Shown here piece by piece: positions 21,313-30,283 of a DNA stretch of 64,000 nucleotides. Origin of the DNA: Candidatus Micrarchaeota archaeon (lineage in GTDB: Archaea > Micrarchaeota > Micrarchaeia > Micrarchaeales > CABMGC01); NCBI GenBank assembly GCA_021848025.1, contig JAJZND010000015.1:9310-73309 (forward strand), given 5' to 3'. The notes under the pieces are model-generated. The model was not told the DNA's origin, did not search any database, and worked only from the letters and a program-made list of their open reading frames with translations. A program made the translations under genes and the position numbers. Numbering within the stretch: the first letter of the stretch is position 1; each line of letters begins with the position of its first letter.

Positions 21313-21340
21313 TGTTATTGCAGTAACATAAAGTATTTAT
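21304..21340 (+). promoter_or_regulatory. shared lysine-cluster upstream element (palindrome TGTTA-N6-TAACA plus TATA-like AAGTATTTAT), copy 1
   Basis: GGCAAGTAATGTTATTGCAGTAACATAAAGTATTTAT. The 28-nt core is identical to 23861-23888. Lies about 110 nt upstream of aspartokinase 2. Confidence 0.5.
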
Positions 21341-21450
21341 AATAAAATATTAATATAAGATTAAATGGCTTTAGCAAAATATGCACTTTCAACCGGGAAT
21401 GGAAATCTTTCATGTGACTGCGCAGTGTATATGGCAAATTACGTGTTAAA

Positions 21451-22770
21451 ATGATTATAATGAAGTTCGGAGGCTCCTCTGTCGCGGATGGGCCTAGGAT
21501 AACCAATGTTGCTAATATAGTGGGGCTGAATGCAAGCAGGCATCCTGTAGTAATAGTCTCAGCGCTAGGCGGCGTCACCGACTCATTGATACATCTGGCA
21601 AAGACTGCAGCGAACGAGGAGCGCAAAAAAAGGATGCAGGAACTTAAAAACAGGCATGTTTCAACCCTGAAATCGCTTGGACTTGAAGAAGACCTTCTTA
21701 ATGGTGATTTTTCTGAGCTTAGTGGTGCGCTAAGCGAAATAGATCCAGGCAACAAGATCACGGAAAAAAGCATGGACAGGATTGTATCATTCGGAGAAAG
21801 GATGTCAAGCAAGATAGTTGCGGCATGCATAAGAAGCAAGGGCATGAAGTGCGCAGCATATAACGCCTACGACCTAGGTATGGTAACGGATTCAAACTTC
21901 GGAAATGCGGACATCCTGCCTGAAACGTACGGCGCAATAAGAAGGGAGCTCTCAAGAATAGGCAAGGGCACAATACCTGTTATAACAGGTTATATAGGCA
22001 AGGACAGAAACGGAGGGATTACCACCTTGGGGAGAGGCGGAAGCGACTACACAGCATCGATAATCGGCGCAGCAATCGGCGCAGAAGAGATACAGATATG
22101 GACAGATGTCAATGGCATAATGACCGCAGATCCGCGCATTGTGGAGAATGCGCTTAATGTAAAAGAGGTTTCGTACAAAGAGGCCTCTGAATTGGCATTC
22201 ATGGGAGCCAAGGTCCTGCATCCTAAGACGATTCTGCCTGCCATAAGCAAAAATATACCTGTAAGGATACTCAACACTTTTAATTACAGACATAAGGGTA
22301 CAGTTGTATTAGGAGACATAAAGACCAAAAGAAGAGTTGCCTCAATAGCCTGCAAGAGAAATATAAAAGTAATAAATATCTACACTCCGAGCATGTTTCT
22401 CGCCCATGGCTTTCTTAAGAAAGTCTTTGGCATCTTTGAGGATTTCAAAATACCTATAGACATGATTTCGACTTCAGAGATCAACATCTCAGTGACGGTA
22501 GATCAGAAAGAAGACATAAGTCCGGCAATAGATGAGCTGAAGAAGATAGCAGAGATAGAGGTATTGGACAACCGCGCAAAGGTCTCGCTTGTTGGCAAGA
22601 ACATGGTAATAATGCCTAAGCTCCTGGGCAGGCTCTTCTACGCCCTTGATGGCATACGTGTGGAGATGATGTCATCAAGCACGTCTGAAATAAACCAGAG
22701 CATCGTGGTAAACGGCCGGGATGCAGACAAGGCGGTCAGAAAGCTCCATAAGACATTTTTTGGTAGATGA
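21451..22770 (+). CDS. lysC: aspartokinase (intact copy)
   Basis: 439 aa. KFGGSSV, SALGGVTD, GRGGSDYTA, and two C-terminal ACT domains. Confidence 0.9.
   Translation: MIIMKFGGSSVADGPRITNVANIVGLNASRHPVVIVSALGGVTDSLIHLAKTAANEERKKRMQELKNRHVSTLKSLGLEEDLLNGDFSELSGALSEIDPGNKITEKSMDRIVSFGERMSSKIVAACIRSKGMKCAAYNAYDLGMVTDSNFGNADILPETYGAIRRELSRIGKGTIPVITGYIGKDRNGGITTLGRGGSDYTASIIGAAIGAEEIQIWTDVNGIMTADPRIVENALNVKEVSYKEASELAFMGAKVLHPKTILPAISKNIPVRILNTFNYRHKGTVVLGDIKTKRRVASIACKRNIKVINIYTPSMFLAHGFLKKVFGIFEDFKIPIDMISTSEINISVTVDQKEDISPAIDELKKIAEIEVLDNRAKVSLVGKNMVIMPKLLGRLFYALDGIRVEMMSSSTSEINQSIVVNGRDADKAVRKLHKTFFGR
21786..22134 (+). repeat. 349-nt block near-identical to 20311-20659
   Basis: See the partner repeat; constant offset of 1475 nt. 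Confidence 0.9.
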
Positions 22771-23828
22771 GAATGAGCAAGATAAGCATAGGCGTGCTCG
22801 GTGCAACAGGCATGGTGGGCCAGACAATACTGAACCTGCTCTCCAACCATCCTTGGTTCGAGGTTACAGCAATTGCAGCTTCTGAACAGTCAGCAGGAAA
22901 GAAATACGGTGAGGTCATGGCATCAAGATGGAACATAAGTCCGGAGATTCCGGAGTATGTTCGTGAGATGAAGATAAGCGAATGCAAACCAGGCCTCGAA
23001 TGTGAAATGGTGCTTTCAGCCTTGGATTCGAGCGTAGCCCTTGAGATAGAGCAAGAATTCGCCAAGGCCGGCTACGCGGTTTCAAGCAATGCCAGCAATC
23101 ATCGCATGCATCCTGACGTGCCTCTGCTGATTCCGGAGGTAAATGCGGATCATGTCAAGCTTATAGACTACCAGAGGAAAAAGAGAGGCTGGAAAGGTTT
23201 CATAGTCACAGATCCAAACTGCTCGACCATAGGTCTTACGCTTGCTCTCAAGCCGCTGCTTGATAACTTCGGACTAGAAAAGGTCCTAGTCACAACGATG
23301 CAAAGCCTTAGCGGAGCCGGATATCCGGGAGTGCCGTCAATGGATATAGTGGACAACTTAATCCCATACATAAAGAACGAGGAAGAAAAGCTCGAGTCAG
23401 AAGCGCAGAAGATCCTTGGAAAGCTATCCGGAACCTCGATAAAGCCAGCTGAAACTGCAGTCAGCGCAAACTGCAACAGGGTTGCTGTAAAGTATGGCCA
23501 TACTGAGTGCGCAAGCGTGAAGCTTTCAAAAGAGGCAACAGAGGATGAAATAATAAAGGCATTCAATAATTTCCATCCCCTAAGGCATTCAGGCCTGCCG
23601 TCTGCTCCGGAAAAACCCCTGGTCTACCTTGCCGGAGAGAACAGACCGCAGCCAAAGCTAGATGTGAATGCAGGCAATGGCATGACTGCGAGCATAGGCA
23701 GGCTCAGAAAATGCAACATACTGGATTACAAGTTCATAGTTCTAAGCCATAATCTTATACGCGGTGCAGCTGGAGCAGCAATACTAAATGCAGAACTGCT
23801 CAAGACCACGGGTTATCTAAGCAAATGA
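22767..23828 (+). CDS. asd: aspartate-semialdehyde dehydrogenase
   Basis: 353 aa. GATGMVGQ NAD-binding site, active-site DPNCSTIG, C-terminal HNLIRGAAG. Overlaps lysC by 4 nt. Confidence 0.92.
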   Translation: MRMSKISIGVLGATGMVGQTILNLLSNHPWFEVTAIAASEQSAGKKYGEVMASRWNISPEIPEYVREMKISECKPGLECEMVLSALDSSVALEIEQEFAKAGYAVSSNASNHRMHPDVPLLIPEVNADHVKLIDYQRKKRGWKGFIVTDPNCSTIGLTLALKPLLDNFGLEKVLVTTMQSLSGAGYPGVPSMDIVDNLIPYIKNEEEKLESEAQKILGKLSGTSIKPAETAVSANCNRVAVKYGHTECASVKLSKEATEDEIIKAFNNFHPLRHSGLPSAPEKPLVYLAGENRPQPKLDVNAGNGMTASIGRLRKCNILDYKFIVLSHNLIRGAAGAAILNAELLKTTGYLSK

Positions 23829-23850
23829 AAACTTCTAATTAAAGGGAACA

Positions 23851-23888
23851 GGCAAGTGATTGTTATTGCAGTAACATAAAGTATTTAT
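23851..23888 (+). promoter_or_regulatory. shared lysine-cluster upstream element, copy 2
   Basis: GGCAAGTGATTGTTATTGCAGTAACATAAAGTATTTAT, about 60 nt upstream of dapA. Confidence 0.5.
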
Positions 23889-23948
23889 TAGATAAATCCC
23901 ATTATCTCTGTATCGCAACGTGCAATGTAGCCCGTGCGACGTGATTAG

Positions 23949-24848
23949 ATGTTAAAACTAAGCGGATGCATGACAGCAATCATAACTCCCTTCAATAAAA
24001 AACTTGAGGTAGACTACGAAGGCCTTAAATCGAACATAAAGTTCCAGATAGAAAATGGCGTATCCGGCCTGGTCCCCTTGGGAACCACCGGAGAATCACC
24101 TACAATAAGCGATGAAGAGCGGGAAAAGATACTCGCAACAACAATAAACGAGGCAGGAGGGAAGGTTCCTGTCATAGCAGGGGTAGGCACGAATTCCACC
24201 GCGCACACTATAGAATACGCGAGACAGGCAGAAGACCTCGGTGCAGATGCGCTTCTTGTAGTCTCCCCATATTATAATAAGCCTACCCAGGAGGGTCTGT
24301 ATAGGCACTATGAAGCAATATCCAAAGCAGTTAACATACCTATTGTAGTGTACAATATACAGTCCAGAACCGGTGTCAATATAGAGACAAAGACGCTTGC
24401 CAGGATGGCAGCGCTGCCTAATATAACTGCGGTCAAAGAAGCCTCAGGCAGCATGCAACAGATAAGTGATGTGATCGACAGCATGCCCAAAGAATTTACG
24501 GTTCTTAGCGGCGATGACAACATGACTCTCCCCCTTATCTCTGCAGGCGGTAGTGGAGTCATCTCGGTAGTAAGCAACCTGCTCCCCAAAAGGCTGTCTT
24601 CAATGGTTGGCGCAGCGCTAAGCGATAAGATGAATGAGGCAAGGACCATGCAGCATGAGCTGCTGCCAATGTTCAAGGCAGCGTTCATAGAGACTAATCC
24701 TGTGCCTATAAAGACGGCAATGTCGCTTTGCGGTATGCCTTCCGGCGGTGTAAGGCTGCCATTGTGCGAGATGAACTCAGAGAATGCCAAATACCTTGCA
24801 AAGGTAATCTCAAGGTACATGGAGCTTAAGTTGATGATAAATGGATGA
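23949..24848 (+). CDS. dapA: 4-hydroxy-tetrahydrodipicolinate synthase
   Basis: 299 aa. GTTGESPT motif and Schiff-base lysine context ITAVKEASG. Confidence 0.92.
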   Translation: MLKLSGCMTAIITPFNKKLEVDYEGLKSNIKFQIENGVSGLVPLGTTGESPTISDEEREKILATTINEAGGKVPVIAGVGTNSTAHTIEYARQAEDLGADALLVVSPYYNKPTQEGLYRHYEAISKAVNIPIVVYNIQSRTGVNIETKTLARMAALPNITAVKEASGSMQQISDVIDSMPKEFTVLSGDDNMTLPLISAGGSGVISVVSNLLPKRLSSMVGAALSDKMNEARTMQHELLPMFKAAFIETNPVPIKTAMSLCGMPSGGVRLPLCEMNSENAKYLAKVISRYMELKLMING

Positions 24849-25605
24849 AAAAATCAGAATAGCAATAATAGGATACGGAAGAATGGGCCGCGAAATAGAA
24901 ACTATCGCGAGGAGCGAAGGAATGGAAGTAGCCGCTATAATAGACCCTGCAAAAGAAGGTGCCACAGGAAAGGAGATAACTAAAGAAACAATCGGCGAAG
25001 CAGAGATAGCAATAGATTTTTCATCTCCAGGCTCGGTAATCGGGAATATACGGAGAGTAGCTGGCCTCAAGAAGAACATCGTGATAGGCACGACAGGATG
25101 GTATGGGCAGATGGAGGAAGCGCGCAAGCTAATCGAAAAAGAAGGCACAGGATTGATATACAGTCCAAACTTCTCAATAGGAGTCAACATCTTTTTCCAG
25201 ATAGTAAAAGAGGCTGCATTCCTGATAGATAAGTTCCCTGGCTACGATCCATACGTATACGAGCTGCACCACAACCAGAAGACCGATGCGCCAGGCGGCA
25301 CTGCAAAGGAGCTCGGAAGCATAATACTACAGAACATAAAGCGAAAAAAGAGCATGGTTTTCGATAGGGTTTCGGACAGGAAGATAGATCCTGCTGAAGT
25401 ACATGTGGCAAGCATAAGGGCTGGCCAGATGCCGGGCACTCATGTTGTTGGCTTCGACGGTGCAGCAGATACCATAGAGCTTAAGCACACCGCAAGGAGC
25501 AGAGCTGGTTTTGCAGAAGGAGCAATAGAGGCTGCAAAATGGATAAAGGGCAGGAAGGGGTTTTATTCAATGAAAAATTTAATAGAAAGCTATGCTGATA
25601 AATAA
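24841..25605 (+). CDS. dapB: 4-hydroxy-tetrahydrodipicolinate reductase
   Basis: 254 aa. IAIIGYGRMGREI dinucleotide fold and ELHHNQKTDAPGGTA signature. Confidence 0.9.
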   Translation: MDEKIRIAIIGYGRMGREIETIARSEGMEVAAIIDPAKEGATGKEITKETIGEAEIAIDFSSPGSVIGNIRRVAGLKKNIVIGTTGWYGQMEEARKLIEKEGTGLIYSPNFSIGVNIFFQIVKEAAFLIDKFPGYDPYVYELHHNQKTDAPGGTAKELGSIILQNIKRKKSMVFDRVSDRKIDPAEVHVASIRAGQMPGTHVVGFDGAADTIELKHTARSRAGFAEGAIEAAKWIKGRKGFYSMKNLIESYADK

Positions 25606-25638
25606 CCTGCCAAAGCCCCCAGAAGAGAGGTGTAATAA

Positions 25639-26862
25639 ATGGTAAAGATTAACGAGAACTATGATAAACTCAGCTCCATATATTTGTTTGCAGAGATCTC
25701 AAAAAGGACAAAAGCCTTTGCAATGGAGCATCCAGGAGTCAAGATCATGCGCCTTGGGATAGGCAATACAACTGAACCACTGACTGAATCGGTGGTAAAG
25801 AGCCTGCACCATGGCGTTGACAAGTTAGCCGATGTAAAGACGTATACGGGTTATGGCGACGAACAGGGGGATCAGAGACTGCGCCATGCAATCTCGGAGT
25901 TTTACTCAAAAAGAAATATTGCTATTGCAGAAGATGAGGTCTTCGTGAGCGACGGAGCCAAGCCTGATGCGGCAAACATACAATCCATCTTCCATCACAA
26001 TAGCATAATAGCGGTGCAGGATCCTGCCTACCCTGTATATGTAGACAGCAATGTCATATCCGGTCGTACTGGCAAGGCAAACGGCGTTATCTATGATGGA
26101 ATTATCTACATGCAATGCACAGCAGAGAACGGCTTCTTTCCTGAAACACCAAAGTCAAAGGCAGATATCATATATCTCTGCAGCCCGAATAACCCGACCG
26201 GAGCGGTAGCCACAAAAGAACAGCTAAGCAGATTTGTAGATTATGCGAAAGAGAACGAGTCTGTCATAATATTCGACGCAGCATATCATTCATTCATCTC
26301 AGATCCTGCTCTGCCGCGAAGCATATATGAGATAGAAGGTGCCAAAGAATGTTCGATAGAGATAAACAGCTTCTCTAAAAGCTCAGGATTTACCGGCGTA
26401 AGGCTAGGATGGAGTGTAGTGCCAAAAGAGCTGGTGGTGGAAGGCACAGGGCGCGGAAAAATAAATGCGCTATGGAACCGGAGGCAGACAACGATGTTCA
26501 ACGGCGCTTCCAACATAGCGCAGGAAGGGGGCATAGCAGCAATATCCCCGGAAGGAATCGAAGAGAACAGGAAAGTAATAGCATATTATATGAAAAACGC
26601 AAGCCTGATACGCGAATGCCTAATTAAAAAGGGGCTGACTGTATATGGAGGTACAAATGCTCCGTATATCTGGGCAAAGACACCTGGCGCTATGAACTCA
26701 TGGCAATTCTTCGACAAGATGCTAAACGAAGCGCACGTGGTAATTACTCCAGGATCTGGTTTCGGCCCATCTGGAGAAGGATACGTAAGAATAAGCGCAT
26801 TTGGCCACAGGGAAGATATTGAAGCAGCAATAGAAAGCATCAATGCAAACCTGCATATTTAG
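25639..26862 (+). CDS. dapL: LL-diaminopimelate aminotransferase
   Basis: 407 aa class I aminotransferase. N-terminal INENYDKLSSIYLFAEI and PLP-lysine context NSFSKSSGFTGVRLGW, typical of DapL. Confidence 0.85.
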   Translation: MVKINENYDKLSSIYLFAEISKRTKAFAMEHPGVKIMRLGIGNTTEPLTESVVKSLHHGVDKLADVKTYTGYGDEQGDQRLRHAISEFYSKRNIAIAEDEVFVSDGAKPDAANIQSIFHHNSIIAVQDPAYPVYVDSNVISGRTGKANGVIYDGIIYMQCTAENGFFPETPKSKADIIYLCSPNNPTGAVATKEQLSRFVDYAKENESVIIFDAAYHSFISDPALPRSIYEIEGAKECSIEINSFSKSSGFTGVRLGWSVVPKELVVEGTGRGKINALWNRRQTTMFNGASNIAQEGGIAAISPEGIEENRKVIAYYMKNASLIRECLIKKGLTVYGGTNAPYIWAKTPGAMNSWQFFDKMLNEAHVVITPGSGFGPSGEGYVRISAFGHREDIEAAIESINANLHI

Positions 26863-28153
26863 GTGATATCGCGAACAAAGATTCAGATCTCTTCTTCTCA
26901 AGGGAGGAGATAAACAAGCTAAGGAAAAGCTATCCAACACCTTTCCATATCTACGAAGAGAAAGGCATACGAGAAAATGCCAAAAGGCTTTACAGGGCCT
27001 TCGGATGGTCCAAAGGCTTCAAGAATTTCTTCGCAGTAAAGGCCTGCCCTAATCCATACATAGTAGAAATACTTAAGAGCGAAGGCTGCGGCACAGACTG
27101 CAGCTCGCTTCCTGAGCTGCTTATATCTGAGAAAGTCGGCCTGCCTGGGAACGAGATAATGTTCACCTCCAACGATACTCCTGCAATAGAGTTCAAGAAA
27201 GCAGCGCAGCTTGGCGCCATAATCAATCTTGACGATATAACACACATACCTTTCCTAGAAAGGAGCGCAGGAATACCTGATATCATATCCTTCAGGTACA
27301 ATCCCGGTCCCCTCTTGAAGACAATGGAAGGAAATGTGATCGGTAGCCCTGAGCAGGCCAAGTATGGACTTACCCGCGACCAGCTTTCCAGGCGTATGCA
27401 GCAATGAAGAAGAAAGGCGTAAGGCGCTTCGGCCTGCATACCATGGTGGTATCCAATGAGCTTAACCCTGCTGCCCATGTCCAGACTGCGAGGATGCTTT
27501 TCAGCCTTGCAGCCGAGATATCAAAAAAGATAGGAATAGAATTTGAATTTGTAAACCTTGGCGGAGGCATAGGCATACCCTACAAGCCTGAACAGGTTCC
27601 TGTTAATTTCGAATCGCTTGGCAAAGAGATTAAGCAAGCATATAAAGAAATTATAGAGGGGAATGGCATGCCCTCCCTGAATATCTATATGGAAAACGGC
27701 CGCGCTATGACGGGCCCCTTCGGGTACCTTGTTACAACTGCTATACACGAGAAACATACGTACAAGGAATACATAGGTGTAGATGCCTGCATGGCTAATT
27801 TAATGCGGCCTGGCATGTACGGCGCATACCATCACATAACCGTGCTTGGCAAAGAGGGCGCGAAGTCAAACCATAAATACGATGTAGTAGGTTCTCTTTG
27901 CGAGAACAATGACAAATTTGCTATAGACCGCATGCTTCCGGAAATAAAAGTCGGAGATGTGATAGCGATACACAATGCGGGTGCCCATGGCCATGCGATG
28001 GGTTTCAACTATAACGGAAAGCTCAGAAGCGCAGAACTGCTAAAAAAAACGGACGGTTCGGTAGAGATGATAAGAAGGGCAGAAACTACCCAAGATTATT
28101 TCTCAACCCTGAACTTTCCAGGATCAAAATACGGGGCTCTTGCAGCAAAATAA
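26863..28153 (+). pseudogene. lysA: diaminopimelate decarboxylase, reading frame interrupted (mid-gene shift near 27386; no canonical start in the conserved N-terminal frame)
   Basis: Frame 0 (26823-27407) encodes ...KDSDLFFSREEINKLRKSYPTPFHIYEE...FFAVKACPNPYIVEILKSEGCGTDCSS...YGLTRDQL. Frame 2 continues FQAYAAMKKKGVRRFGLHTMV...GGGIGIPY...SLCENNDKF to 28153. Confidence 0.8.
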
Positions 28154-28214
28154 ATGTTCACGGAAAGGCCACCGGCGCAATTGATCCGTCGCAAAGCTGG
28201 TTTAGACATGCAGA

Positions 28215-29462
28215 TTAAAATTCAAGCCTTATCTTTTCTCCTACTTTAGGCGCATACGCCTCTATTCCTTCCATCTCAAGCCTGTCCCTGAAGCTTGTTG
28301 TGCTTTCACCGTCTCCATGCACGCATATGATCTTCTCTGCCCCGGAATCATGCGCAAATTTGTACAGATCTTCCTGGCCCGCATGGGCTGAAAAATCATA
28401 GAAGGCGAAAGGCGTCCTTACATAGTAATTCTCACCGTCTATATTCAATGGCATATTGTCAAGCAGTCTTCTTCCGTTAGTATGCTCCGCCTGGTATCCT
28501 GTAAGGAAGATCATAGACCTGTCGTTTAGCCTTGTTATATAATCAAGCACCGGCCCTCCATTCAGCATACCTGCTGTAGTGACTATTATACTGCCTCCTT
28601 CAAGCGCATTCTGCCTCTGGTATCCTTTTTTGTCTATTATGCTTGCGGCTTTAACTCCATCTGCGAGCAGCTTCGGATTTGAAATAAATTCCGGATGCTC
28701 AAGAACTATCGCAGTTGCCTTCCTTGCCATTCCATCTATGAACATATGCTGGGAAAGGCCATTTCTGTGGAGCATTGCTATAATCTCCTGCGCCCTTCCC
28801 ACAGCGAAAACAGGTATCAACGCTATGCCTCCATTCTCAATGGTCTTCCTTACCGAATCTATGAACGATTTTACCAGCTCGTCCCTGTTGGGGTGCTCTT
28901 TTATTGCATACGTAGACTCGGTTATGAGTATATCGCATTTTATCTGTTCAGCTCCATTATGCAATAACTGTTTGGAGAGCTTCAAGTCGCCAGTGTAAGC
29001 TATCCGCCTGCCCTTCTTTTCTATTACTACAACCGAACTGCCGCATATGTGTCCTGCATCATGCAAGCTGATGCTATAATTGCCAAAGCCTATCTCCGCC
29101 TTATACGGATAGGATACGTATCTGTTAAGAAATGCGTTCAGGCCTGTTCTGGTAAACTTCGGTTTCTCGTGCTTCCTCTTATTCAGCTTGATAGAATCTT
29201 CAATGAGCAATTCTGCAAGTTGTTTTGTAGGCTCCGTCCCAAATGCAGCCGGCAGACCTGATTTGTAAAGCGCAGGAGCAAAACCGCTATGGTCAAGATG
29301 CGCATGGCTTGGTATATATGCATCAACACGTGGAGCAGGCAATGGGTATTCTGTCTTACCATCTATCTTTATTCCATAATCCAAAAGTATATTCTTCTCA
29401 TCCTTTATCAGAATCGCGGACCTACCGACCTCTCCGGCTCCGCCAAGAAAATCTATCTCCAT
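28215..29462 (-). CDS. beta-CASP metallo-beta-lactamase RNase (aCPSF2-like, no KH domains)
   Basis: 415 aa. HAHLDHSG motif and later beta-CASP motifs; the length fits the KH-less archaeal group. Confidence 0.8.
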   Translation of the reverse strand: MEIDFLGGAGEVGRSAILIKDEKNILLDYGIKIDGKTEYPLPAPRVDAYIPSHAHLDHSGFAPALYKSGLPAAFGTEPTKQLAELLIEDSIKLNKRKHEKPKFTRTGLNAFLNRYVSYPYKAEIGFGNYSISLHDAGHICGSSVVVIEKKGRRIAYTGDLKLSKQLLHNGAEQIKCDILITESTYAIKEHPNRDELVKSFIDSVRKTIENGGIALIPVFAVGRAQEIIAMLHRNGLSQHMFIDGMARKATAIVLEHPEFISNPKLLADGVKAASIIDKKGYQRQNALEGGSIIVTTAGMLNGGPVLDYITRLNDRSMIFLTGYQAEHTNGRRLLDNMPLNIDGENYYVRTPFAFYDFSAHAGQEDLYKFAHDSGAEKIICVHGDGESTTSFRDRLEMEGIEAYAPKVGEKIRLEF

Positions 29463-29608
29463 AGTCGCACATTTTATTGTTTACTCCAAATCTGCTATAC
29501 TATATCAAGTGACCAATACATTACTAAAAGTTTCCATTTAGATTTGTCCGGCACATAACTGCGCAAACTCACGAAAAGCCTTAATATCTTAAAAAAACAC
29601 ACATAATC

Positions 29609-30211
29609 ATGGAAAAATCATTGCCACGAGAAAAAGGAAACAACTACAAGAATTCATTCTTCACCGCAGCTCGTGCGACTGCATTTACAGGTGCAATGAT
29701 ATTCGCAGGCCAGTTGCCGGCAATCCGACCTGCCAGTGCAGCTGCTCCTCAAGCAGAGTGTGCAATAAATGTGCAAGGCCCAAAAAGCGAGCTTGCATTG
29801 CAGATGAAGGGTTCTGGCCTTGCAAAGTATTCCATATTCGTTGTCGAACGCCTCTCTCCTGATTCGCAGCAGCTTGCGTTCAGTTCCATAGTCTACAAAG
29901 GGAATGGAAATCTTTACGTATACTACGACGGAATGTTTCAGGGTAAGAAAGCCGGATTTAATGACAAGGCAATATTCCTGAGAAACATGCAGGTCGAATA
30001 TGTTGGCATATCCAATGTGGCCTTCACCCAGAAAGAGATATCGGCATATTACAAAAAAGGTTCAGTCAAACTTGAAGATGGTGGCCAGGAAGCGCTGAAG
30101 TACAGGTGGCCGGAGAAACCAAATCCCAAAACATTCGAAGAGTGCTATAGAAACGATATCCCCTATCTCAAAGGTTTCAACATAAACATAATATTTTTGC
30201 CGCAGCGATGA
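29609..30211 (+). CDS. hypothetical secreted protein
   Basis: 200 aa. Hydrophobic signal-like segment (ATAFTGAMIFAGQLPAIRPASAAA). No recognisable domain. Confidence 0.4.
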   Translation: MEKSLPREKGNNYKNSFFTAARATAFTGAMIFAGQLPAIRPASAAAPQAECAINVQGPKSELALQMKGSGLAKYSIFVVERLSPDSQQLAFSSIVYKGNGNLYVYYDGMFQGKKAGFNDKAIFLRNMQVEYVGISNVAFTQKEISAYYKKGSVKLEDGGQEALKYRWPEKPNPKTFEECYRNDIPYLKGFNINIIFLPQR

Positions 30212-30283
30212 CCCAGCAGCTAATCCGCTTTTGGAATGAAATTTTAACTAATCTTTTTATTTATTCCTATTTTTATATATGTC

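Noticed and set aside
21341-21450. Possible lysine riboswitch in the leader of aspartokinase-2
   Set aside because: The leader is only about 110 nt, AT-rich, and shows none of the multi-helix L-box architecture. Lysine riboswitches are also not known from archaea.
21315-21845. 176-aa minus-strand ORF; similar antisense ORFs at 20283-20498 and 21758-21973
   Set aside because: These are shadow ORFs of the aspartokinase genes. They are useful only because their identity revealed the 349-nt conversion block.
27404-28153. Treating 27404-28153 as an independent gene
   Set aside because: The frame is open and family-conserved upstream of its ATG (…FQAYAA), so it is the continuation of lysA rather than a separate gene.
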